Assembly (NCBI GenBank): GCA_040755235.1
Contig: JBFMBJ010000001.1
Location: forward strand, 1-48,055
DNA from: Candidatus Omnitrophota bacterium
GTDB lineage: Bacteria > Omnitrophota > Gorgyraeia > Gygaellales > JBFMBJ01
DNA: 48,055 nt
Reading direction: 5' to 3'
The translations under genes and the position numbers were made by a program. Positions within the stretch are counted from its first letter, which is position 1, and each line of letters starts with the position of its first letter. Under the pieces are notes generated by a model. The model had not been told where the DNA came from, ran no database searches, and saw only the letters and a program-made list of their open reading frames with translations. Positions 40,936-48,055 of the stretch are shown piece after piece.

Positions 40936-40983
40936 CAACAAGGCTAGGTAAAATAATAATTATTATAAATCCTAGCCTTGTTG
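40936..40983 (-). terminator. 13-bp perfect hairpin between the anti-sigma gene and the ABC genes (terminator or attenuator candidate)
   Basis: caacaaggctagg-N22-cctagccttgttg. The T-run on the minus strand is weak. Confidence 0.4.
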
Positions 40984-40991
40984 AAACACGA

Positions 40992-42320
40992 TTAATCGCG
41001 TTTTGTTAACTTAGCAATAAAGTATTTTATTGCCAAGATTAACCCTGCGACAACTAATACCCAGAAACCGATAATTACTGCAACCGGTATAGCGGCGGCC
41101 AAAAACTTGACAGTATTAATTGCCGTAGCAAGCGCCTTTTCCTTGATAATACGTTTGCTTTCCTTAAGTGCCTTTGCTGAAATAACAGGTTCATAAAAAT
41201 TAACTGTTATCGTTGTAAATGACACAGCATTGTTAAGTGTCTCGATTTTATTCTTGAGGTCTTCGATATTTCTTAAGACCGGGCTTAATTCTGATTCAAT
41301 TCTCATTGCCTCAGGAATTGTAGCCTTTCTATTACGCAGCGCCTCTAACATTTTTTCATAGACAATTTTTGCTGTCTCTAAGCGCGACTTAAGATTTGCA
41401 TATTCCTGGCTTACGTCTTTGCTGTCAGATGTGCTATTTGTGACCTTGCCTAAATTGGCTAACTTTTCTAACGCAGTGGTAAATTTATCCTTAGGAATTC
41501 GCATAGTCACAGTGCCAGCTTCTCTGCCTTCATTATTCTTATAGAAATTAGATTGGGATATATATCCACCTAATTCCTGGCACAATTTAGTTATATTCTG
41601 ATATGCCTGTTTGCCGTTGTCGACTTCAAGGCTTATATTGCCAGTGCGAATAACTAAATCACTTTCACTCGTAGCAGGCAGAACCGGCTGGACTATGATG
41701 ATTGAGCCTTCTTCGCCAGGAACGTCTGGTAAAACATTGCCTCCGTCGTCTATTCGTCCTTGTCTCTTATAATTATAATCTCGGTCTCCAGCTCCAGCTG
41801 TTAACTCTCCTCTAGTAGCATATTTATACATCTTTTCACGTCCTGAAAGCGATGCTGACATCTCAGATTTTCTCATACCGCTATAACCAGGTTCTTCACC
41901 ACTAAAAATAGCCCTAATATCATCTTTTGGACTTTTTAATCTTTCATTTATACCTCTTTGCGTATGAGGTATCATAAAATTTAAAACAAATGCTAACGCT
42001 AAAATTCCCACCAATGCTCCGGATGGGATTAATATTGCCAAATGTTTTCTTTTCATTGTAACTCGCCCCCTTTTAAGTTCCCAATTAACAATTGAATTGG
42101 TCACAGAGCCCTCAAAACCTCTTTCTAAGTCAGGAGCCTGCCATGTCTTTAATTCTTTAGAAATCAAACGTAATTTATCTAATTCCTGAGCGCAAGCAAT
42201 ACAATCTTTTAGATGCTCTTCTATTTTTATTTTCTCTCTGTCAGAAAGTTGATTGTCTAAATAACCGCTTAATTGTGAAATAACATGGCGATTAAACATT
42301 GTAACCTCCAAATTCATCAA
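40992..42320 (-). CDS. Anti-sigma factor (zf-HC2) with one TM segment and an extracytoplasmic DUF4349 domain
   Basis: HLKDCIACAQELDKL zinc-finger. DUF4349-like ISLEVDNGKQAYQNI...GTVTMRIPKDKF...coiled coil...C-terminal TM. The likely start is Met8 (42299). Confidence 0.75.
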   Translation of the reverse strand: MMNLEVTMFNRHVISQLSGYLDNQLSDREKIKIEEHLKDCIACAQELDKLRLISKELKTWQAPDLERGFEGSVTNSIVNWELKRGRVTMKRKHLAILIPSGALVGILALAFVLNFMIPHTQRGINERLKSPKDDIRAIFSGEEPGYSGMRKSEMSASLSGREKMYKYATRGELTAGAGDRDYNYKRQGRIDDGGNVLPDVPGEEGSIIIVQPVLPATSESDLVIRTGNISLEVDNGKQAYQNITKLCQELGGYISQSNFYKNNEGREAGTVTMRIPKDKFTTALEKLANLGKVTNSTSDSKDVSQEYANLKSRLETAKIVYEKMLEALRNRKATIPEAMRIESELSPVLRNIEDLKNKIETLNNAVSFTTITVNFYEPVISAKALKESKRIIKEKALATAINTVKFLAAAIPVAVIIGFWVLVVAGLILAIKYFIAKLTKRD

Positions 42321-42876
42321 GCAATGGAAGTAATTTGTCTTTAAGGTTCATTCTTGCTCTGTGTATTATTGTTTTAACTGCACCAAGTGAAATTTTTAAT
42401 ACTTTTGCAATTTCCTGGTAGTCTAAATTTTCAAATTCGCGTAAAATCAAAGCTTCTTTTTGGAGAAAAGGAAGGCTTTGAATGCATTTTCTTAAAATTT
42501 CTGACATCTCTGAATTTGAAGTTACTTCTTGCGGAGAAGGATCAGAGCTTTGGACGTCAGCCAATTCATTTTCTTTATCTTCTTTTCGAGGCCAAAGCGC
42601 AAGGCGCCAATTTTTGCGCCGCCTCGAAACATATATGTTATGGGCAATGCTAAATATCCAAGTGGATAGCTTAGCAGTTGGCTTGTAGGCAAGCTTATAT
42701 TGGTGTAGTCTTAGGAAAACTTCCTGTGTTATATCCTCTGCTTCGCAAGCGTTTAAGCTTAAGCGGAAGGCAAAGTGATAAACCGGGTTTTTAAATCTTC
42801 TTAAGAGCTCATCCATGGCTTGTGCCTCTCCTTCTTGGTACTTTAGCATTACCTCTTGGTCTGTTAAGCTCTGCAT
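42292..42876 (-). CDS. ECF-type RNA polymerase sigma factor
   Basis: Region 2 AEDITQEVFLRL. Region 4 DYQEIAKVLKISLGAVKTIIHRARMNLK. Confidence 0.9.
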   Translation of the reverse strand: MQSLTDQEVMLKYQEGEAQAMDELLRRFKNPVYHFAFRLSLNACEAEDITQEVFLRLHQYKLAYKPTAKLSTWIFSIAHNIYVSRRRKNWRLALWPRKEDKENELADVQSSDPSPQEVTSNSEMSEILRKCIQSLPFLQKEALILREFENLDYQEIAKVLKISLGAVKTIIHRARMNLKDKLLPLLDEFGGYNV

Positions 42877-42945
42877 TTAACCCTTCCTTCTCTCCGCTTA
42901 CTTAAACGCACGAAATGCGAAAAAGTTTCATTAAAATATTAAAAA

Positions 42946-42978
42946 TTCATAACATATTGTAATTATTGATGTTATGAA
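42946..42978 (-). terminator. AT-rich 10-bp hairpin followed by a T-run on the minus strand
   Basis: ttcataacat-N13-atgttatgaa. The minus strand continues with tttttaata. Confidence 0.4.
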
Positions 42979-43076
42979 AAATTAATTTTGCGTAAAATGT
43001 GCCTTTATAGCCACGAATTTAGAGCAAAAGACTAAAGTGTTGATCTTTTTAAGCCTTATCTGTGTTAATCTGCGTT

Positions 43077-43580
43077 TTAAATGATGCCCTGTCCCATCAG
43101 GGTAATCGGTTTGAAATCCTTAATTTCTAAAAGTTGCCATCTTTTATCCTGCTTAATTAATTTTAACATCAATTTTCCCTGCTCTTTTTCTAAAATAAAT
43201 TCTTTCTGCCCACCTTTGTTTAAGCCGAAAATAATTCCTTCAATTTCTATGCTTGCATTTAGTTTATCTTGTTCTAATTTTATATCCATTTTATCAATTT
43301 GGATGAATAATTCTTGGTAATACCTAAATGTTTCTCTGGTTAGATATATTAAGGTTTGTTTATCATTAGCGTATTTATCTTTGTAATCATCTGAAATCAT
43401 CCCGATACAAGCGAGTATGTCTTGTTTTTCAAGCGCTCTTTTTCCCTGTAAAACAAACTTCTGCACTCTACCCTTTTCTCCTTCAAGAATTCCCTTAACA
43501 ATAGGTAAGAAAATGCTTAAAGCTAATGCGGCTACAATTGTCCAAATATATATTTTGTAATTCTCCTTAAGATTAATCAT
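43077..43580 (-). CDS. Membrane-anchored hypothetical protein
   Basis: N-terminal TM segment. No motif recognised. Confidence 0.45.
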   Translation of the reverse strand: MINLKENYKIYIWTIVAALALSIFLPIVKGILEGEKGRVQKFVLQGKRALEKQDILACIGMISDDYKDKYANDKQTLIYLTRETFRYYQELFIQIDKMDIKLEQDKLNASIEIEGIIFGLNKGGQKEFILEKEQGKLMLKLIKQDKRWQLLEIKDFKPITLMGQGII

Positions 43581-44548
43581 CGTATAAATTTACCTTTAGT
43601 CAGTGCCTCGGTTAATACTTGACCACAGATTTTATTCCCAATTTCATTAAAATGCCCATTTTCTAATCTGACAGCTTGTCCTCTCTCTTGTGCTTCTAAG
43701 ATTGCTCTTGGCACCTCTTCGATAAAATTAACGCCATTTTTTTTAAAGATTCTCCTAAATTCCTGAAAAAAAGGCTGGCTATCGTCAACAGCAAAAGCAA
43801 TCAAAGGAGTTTTACCGACTCTTTTATTTAATTTTGAAATTATTTCATCTGTAATTTTAGCCGCCTCTCTAAAATCTTCGAAATCAGTCCCCTTTTCATA
43901 AATCTCTTTTTCTACGCATCCGCTCAATAATCCTTTTTCTGTTAATATTCCAGATAGCCTACAGATTCGATTAAGGACAGTTAGAAAAAATCTGGAGTGT
44001 GCCAAAAACATTTTTATATTTCCATTAAGCGGATAACGATATTCTAATTTTCCATTTATCAGGTAAGGCCTGACCTTAAAATCATTATAGAATAAGCTTT
44101 TAGTTTCAAGTTTCCAAGAATTATTAATAAAATCATTATCGCAGACCTGTAAAACAACCAAATTCGGTTTTACTTTATCAAAATATTTGTCTAGGGCAAG
44201 ATATTCCTGTAACGAGCCGTATGCGCCACCCCCATAAACAAATATTTCTGCATCAAGTTTGTCTTTAATTATGGAATAATACATATACTTTTCTTCAATC
44301 CTAGAGCCGTTAGTGAAAGAGTCGCCAATAAAGAAAATCTTAAACTTTTTACTGTTTGGGTCCCCCCAGATTAATTTCCCGTTCCAGCCAAGCTCTGACT
44401 CATGATAATAGGCAATTGATCTAAAAAAAGGAATATGACGTAAGTAGGCATGATATGTTCGTATTGCTATTTCCAATGCCAAAAAAACCAAAAAAAGAGA
44501 ACCTAATAAAATCAGGGCTTTAGTTGAAAACCTTTCTTTCATGCTCAT
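43577..44548 (-). CDS. SGNH/GDSL-like hydrolase, membrane-anchored
   Basis: N-terminal TM segment. FFIGDSFTNGS (block I GDS). VLQVCDNDF. Confidence 0.6.
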   Translation of the reverse strand: MSMKERFSTKALILLGSLFLVFLALEIAIRTYHAYLRHIPFFRSIAYYHESELGWNGKLIWGDPNSKKFKIFFIGDSFTNGSRIEEKYMYYSIIKDKLDAEIFVYGGGAYGSLQEYLALDKYFDKVKPNLVVLQVCDNDFINNSWKLETKSLFYNDFKVRPYLINGKLEYRYPLNGNIKMFLAHSRFFLTVLNRICRLSGILTEKGLLSGCVEKEIYEKGTDFEDFREAAKITDEIISKLNKRVGKTPLIAFAVDDSQPFFQEFRRIFKKNGVNFIEEVPRAILEAQERGQAVRLENGHFNEIGNKICGQVLTEALTKGKFIR

Positions 44549-45612
44549 TTAATTTTTATAGACTCTTCTGTAAATCTAATTATTTTATTCATCATCTTAA
44601 CTGTTTCTACAGGATGTTTGCCGACCGCGGTTTCAGCAGAAAGCATTACGTAGTCAGTACCATCGATAATAGCATTTGCAACATCGGTTACTTCAGCCCG
44701 CGTCGGACGAATATGCTCGGTCATACTTTCTAACATCTGGGTGGCTGTAATTACAAATTTCTTTCTTTGGTTACATTTTTTAATAATAAGTTTCTGTATA
44801 ATCGGGATTTCATAGATAGGCAAAGACACTCCCATATCTCCACGCGCAATCATAATACCATCAGATACGTTCAATATCTCATCTATGTTTTTAATCCCCT
44901 CCCTATTTTCAATTTTAGCAATTAATTGGCAGTTAAATCCTTTATTATTTATGAATTTTCTTACATTTAAGATATCCTGCTTGTTTCTGACAAAGGATTG
45001 AGCGATAAAATCCACTTTTTCTTTTATTCCAAACTCTATATCTTTTTTGTCTTTATCTGTTAAGTTTTTAAATTTTAAATTCACATCCGGGATATTTACT
45101 CCTTTATTTTCTTTTAACAATCCTGGCACTACTACCTCAGTTTTAATATAATTCTTAGAGGCAGACTTCACTTTTAAGGCTATATTTCCATCATCTATAT
45201 AGACAAAACTGCCCGCCTTTATGTCTTTTAATGGGCCCATATAGTCAAAAGGTATAAGATCTTTTTTGCCCGCCTTTTCATTATTGCTTAACAGTAATAT
45301 CTCGCGCTTTTTGAGCTCGATTTGTTTATCTTCTCCCGCCTTTTGCGGGATCCCGCCTTTAACTTTAATGTCTGAGCGGGAGAATTTGCCTATTCTTATC
45401 CGGTAGCCTTCTAAATCCTGCAAGATTCTAATATGGCGTCTATATTTTTTATTTAGGCTCCGTATTAAATCTGTTCGTTTTTTATGCTCAAATATACTGC
45501 CATGGGAAAAGTTAAGCCTTACAACATCCATGCCAGATACCATCATATTTCTTAATATGGCGGGGTGGCTGGTGGCAGGACCTAAAGTACAGATTATTTT
45601 TGTCTTAACCAT
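44545..45612 (-). CDS. pyk: Pyruvate kinase, A and B domains only (no C-terminal regulatory domain)
   Basis: KTKIICTLGPAT, MDVVRLNFSHG, KIENREGI, MIARGDMGV, ATQMLESM, and RPTRAEVTDVANAIIDGTDYVMLSAETA. The ORF stops about 10 residues after the A domain. Confidence 0.9.
   Translation of the reverse strand: MVKTKIICTLGPATSHPAILRNMMVSGMDVVRLNFSHGSIFEHKKRTDLIRSLNKKYRRHIRILQDLEGYRIRIGKFSRSDIKVKGGIPQKAGEDKQIELKKREILLLSNNEKAGKKDLIPFDYMGPLKDIKAGSFVYIDDGNIALKVKSASKNYIKTEVVVPGLLKENKGVNIPDVNLKFKNLTDKDKKDIEFGIKEKVDFIAQSFVRNKQDILNVRKFINNKGFNCQLIAKIENREGIKNIDEILNVSDGIMIARGDMGVSLPIYEIPIIQKLIIKKCNQRKKFVITATQMLESMTEHIRPTRAEVTDVANAIIDGTDYVMLSAETAVGKHPVETVKMMNKIIRFTEESIKIK
45334..45356. repeat. In-frame palindromic element inside pyk
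   Basis: tcccgc-ctttt-gcggga-tcccgc. gcgggatcccgc is a perfect 12-bp palindrome. The segment encodes KGGIPQKAGE. The motif tcccgcctttt resembles the GIY-YIG IR arm tcccgcccttttggc, and a third copy gcccgccttttc lies at 45268-45279. Confidence 0.75.
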
Positions 45613-45875
45613 TATTTTGTTATGTTTTCTAACTCTTTAGAACGCTCAAGCATTTGCTTATTAATGTCTTCAACTTTTTTTCTACTGGAGTCTAGAATAG
45701 ATTTGTAATTTGGTGTGTTAGGGTCTGCTTCGGAAGATATTTTATTCAAACTTTCAGAAGGCGCTGAAAACTTAAAATAAATATTAAATGAAATTATGAC
45801 TAGAATAAAAATTATAGCTAAAGTCAAAAGCAAACCCAATAAACTTAAGAAGCCAGATTCTGGATTCTTAGTCAT
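45612..45875 (-). CDS. Small membrane protein, unknown function
   Basis: One TM helix. Tightly packed within the operon. Confidence 0.4.
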   Translation of the reverse strand: MTKNPESGFLSLLGLLLTLAIIFILVIISFNIYFKFSAPSESLNKISSEADPNTPNYKSILDSSRKKVEDINKQMLERSKELENITK

Positions 45876-45877
45876 AA

Positions 45878-46114
45878 TTATTTTATAAACAAATAGGTAA
45901 GAGTAATTAAAGAGATGATTATGAGAGATAGGCCCATAATCCTGGTATTTCTGATTTCTTTTTTTAAGGACACTGGCTCAATGCGCCAATTAATTAACAA
46001 ATAAAACTTCTTTTGGATTTCAATGCTTAAGGCAGGTTTATTGAATAGGAATAACCCAATAACTATGCTAAAGGCAGAAGTTAATATTAAGATTATTAAA
46101 AATAGAGCTTCCAT
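45878..46114 (-). CDS. Small membrane protein, unknown function
   Basis: Two TM helices. Confidence 0.4.
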   Translation of the reverse strand: MEALFLIILILTSAFSIVIGLFLFNKPALSIEIQKKFYLLINWRIEPVSLKKEIRNTRIMGLSLIIISLITLTYLFIK

Positions 46115-46116
46115 TT

Positions 46117-47094
46117 TTAGGGAAGTAAAACCACCTTTAATGATTTTTTTGCCTCGGTTACTATTTTAAATCCCTTCTGAATATCTGCTAATGCAAACTT
46201 ATGCGTTATTAGACCATTAATATTTATAGTTTTGTTTTTAATTATCTCTAAAGCCTCTTTCAAGTCTGCTGGTGCAGCGCCATAGCTTGAAGTAATGGTT
46301 ATTTCATTTCTCCAGAAGAAAGCGGTTGGAATTTCTATATAATTTTGCGGCACTGCAAACAATAATATTATACCTTTTCTATCTATACAGTTAAAGGCAG
46401 TTTTTATGGCTTCGCCTGCGCCAGTGGAGACTATTATTCTTTCTGCTTTTACGTTTAAATTTCCTCTGGCATCAATTGTTTTATCAGCGCCGAATTCCTT
46501 AGCTTTTTTAAGCCGGTAAGCGTCTATGTCAGTGGCGATAACTTTTGCGCCTTTTAATTTTGCTAAGCAGATGTTTAATAAACCCGAGACCCCGCTTCCT
46601 AATACTAAGACTGTATGCCTCTTGTTTATGTTAATTAGCCGGATAGCCCTTATAGCGCAAGCCAAAGGTTCTATCATCGTAGCTTCTTCGTAAGATACAT
46701 TTTCAGGCAAGATATAAGTGCCGTAATCTACATTTAACTTTGGCACTCTGATAAATTCGCTATATCCACCAGGTTCATAATTGCCATCATGCAAGGTTTG
46801 GCAGGCAGTATGATTACCTTCTTTGCAATATTTACACTTATTGCAAGGAACGTGGTGGCTTACGAAAACTCTTCGGCCAATTTTAAATTTTTTTGATTTA
46901 GTTTCTATTATATCGCCACTTATCTCGTGGCCTAAAATGCGCGGTGCTTTTTTTATTCTATACCACTCTATAACATCAGTGCCACAAATACCCGATGCCT
47001 TTACTTTAACAAGAATTTCTCCATCATTTATCTTTGGCTTTGGTAAATCTTGTATTCTGATATCGTTGTTATTGTAGTAGACGGCGACCTTCAT
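46117..47094 (-). CDS. Zinc-dependent medium-chain alcohol / polyol dehydrogenase
   Basis: GICGTDV, GHEISGDI, structural-Zn CNKCKYCKEGNHTAC, and Rossmann VLGSGVSGL. Confidence 0.85.
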   Translation of the reverse strand: MKVAVYYNNNDIRIQDLPKPKINDGEILVKVKASGICGTDVIEWYRIKKAPRILGHEISGDIIETKSKKFKIGRRVFVSHHVPCNKCKYCKEGNHTACQTLHDGNYEPGGYSEFIRVPKLNVDYGTYILPENVSYEEATMIEPLACAIRAIRLININKRHTVLVLGSGVSGLLNICLAKLKGAKVIATDIDAYRLKKAKEFGADKTIDARGNLNVKAERIIVSTGAGEAIKTAFNCIDRKGIILLFAVPQNYIEIPTAFFWRNEITITSSYGAAPADLKEALEIIKNKTININGLITHKFALADIQKGFKIVTEAKKSLKVVLLP

Positions 47095-47864
47095 CTTTTA
47101 TAGAGCCTATATGCCTCATTTACAGAAACCCCTTCATGTACAATTGCCTTGACTGCTTTAATCATTCCTATCGGATTATCTGATTGGAAGATATTTCTTC
47201 CCATATCTACTCCACTAGCACCTGCTTTAATTGCATTTGCTGCCATTTCCAATGCAGCCTTTTCTTCTATCTTTTTACCGCCGGCAATAACTACCGGAAT
47301 CTTTCCGCAAGCCTCAACTACCTCTTGAAAGTTGTCGCAATAATAAGTTTTAACCATATGGCAGCCTATTTCTACGCATATTCTACAGGCCAAAGCGAGA
47401 TAACGCGCGTCTCTAACCATTTCTTTTCCAACAGCTGTCACCGCTAAAACGGGTATACCATACCTTTCGCCTTCATTGACAATTTTGCTTAAATTCTCAA
47501 TCGTCTGCTTTTCAAATTCTCCACCGATATATACAGAGCAGGTTATACTGGATGCATTTATCCTGATTGCATCTTCTATTGAGGTAGTAATTATTTCATT
47601 GGAGAGTTCTTTTAAAATACTTTGTCCGCCCGAAACCCTTAATATTACTGGTATATTGAGTTCTGGATTAATCCAGTTTCTCAGAGCCCCTCGGGTTATC
47701 ATTAAGGCATCTGCATAAGGCAGAAGCGGTTTAACAGTTTCACCCAGATTTCTTAATCCGCTTGTCGGGCCCTGAAAATAACCATGGTCTACGGCAAGCA
47801 TTACACAGCGGCCGGTTTTAGGATTAACTATTCTCGATAATCTATTTTTCATTCCCCAATCCAT
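47091..47864 (-). CDS. Class I aldolase of the DhnA/FbaB/LsrF (DeoC/LacD) family
   Basis: LAVDHGYFQGP, ADALMITRG, Schiff-base Lys context HMVKTYY, and GRNIFQ. Confidence 0.8.
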   Translation of the reverse strand: MDWGMKNRLSRIVNPKTGRCVMLAVDHGYFQGPTSGLRNLGETVKPLLPYADALMITRGALRNWINPELNIPVILRVSGGQSILKELSNEIITTSIEDAIRINASSITCSVYIGGEFEKQTIENLSKIVNEGERYGIPVLAVTAVGKEMVRDARYLALACRICVEIGCHMVKTYYCDNFQEVVEACGKIPVVIAGGKKIEEKAALEMAANAIKAGASGVDMGRNIFQSDNPIGMIKAVKAIVHEGVSVNEAYRLYKR

Positions 47865-47957
47865 ATTTGCCCTCCTTTAATGAGCAGATAACTTATGGAG
47901 CGTGAAACGCGACATAAGTCATAGCGAGGCGTCTGCGAATTAAACCCAGCACTAATT

Positions 47958-48055
47958 TTACAGCTCAAGCGACCTCTTAAGTCTGTTTTTAAGATGGGCT
48001 CTTGCTTGCCCATAGTGTTTTAATTTTCTTTCTCTATCTCTGGCGTCTAATTCAG
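47958..48055 (-). CDS. Second GIY-YIG family gene, C-terminal 32 codons only (5' end outside the window)
   Basis: The minus strand reads ELDARDRERKLKHYGQARAHLKNRLKRSLEL*. Compare DALDRENKLKHHGSVIGHLKKRLKYSLSC* in the gene at 16338-16595. Confidence 0.65.
   Translation of the reverse strand, partial: ELDARDRERKLKHYGQARAHLKNRLKRSLEL

Noticed and set aside
45612-45875. Prepilin-like N-terminus (ESGFLSLLGLLLTLAII)
   Set aside because: It lacks the G-F-x-x-x-E pattern with Glu at +5, and no pilus genes are nearby.

Overview
AT-rich 48 kb window from an uncultured-looking diderm bacterium. No rRNA, tRNA or CRISPR was seen. The left two thirds (nt 1-34053, + strand) form one large exopolysaccharide / PEP-CTERM-exosortase locus. 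It contains a cysN 3' end, two AP-superfamily phosphodiesterase paralogs, several unknown enzymes including a radical SAM/SPASM protein, and GT2 and GT4 glycosyltransferases (two of them fused). It also contains an O-antigen-ligase-like protein, a beta-helix protein, a polysaccharide deacetylase, a membrane GT2, exosortase plus EpsI, and a PglC-type sugar transferase. These are followed by five PEP-CTERM proteins and a regulatory operon (membrane protein, TPR lipoprotein, GAF histidine kinase, sigma-54 enhancer-binding response regulator, PocR-GAF protein) that converges on rpoN. The right third (- strand) carries an ECF sigma / anti-sigma(DUF4349) / ABC-2 exporter / DUF362 / two exported proteins / PflX-type radical SAM string. 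It ends with an SGNH hydrolase, a C-domain-less pyruvate kinase, a Zn-ADH and a class I aldolase. The most unusual signal is not a protein family. The EPS locus is colonised by small selfish-type cargos: three four-helix-bundle 23S-IVS-type genes plus one decayed remnant, a GIY-YIG gene, and an AbrB/toxin pair. Each sits in the loop of an inverted repeat built from arrays of short degenerate motifs (TAGNNAG, GTCATA, GGTAACG, or a 15-bp perfect IR). An MNT/HEPN pair is also inserted, with a motif array on its left side only. Two cassettes with different cargo share the same flank family. One cassette and its decayed copy sit in inverted orientation around a 3.5 kb gene block. Related short repeats (7-, 8-, 10-11- and 21-nt periods) also occur in frame inside glycosyltransferase, deacetylase and pyruvate kinase genes. 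All functional readings of these repeats are inference.
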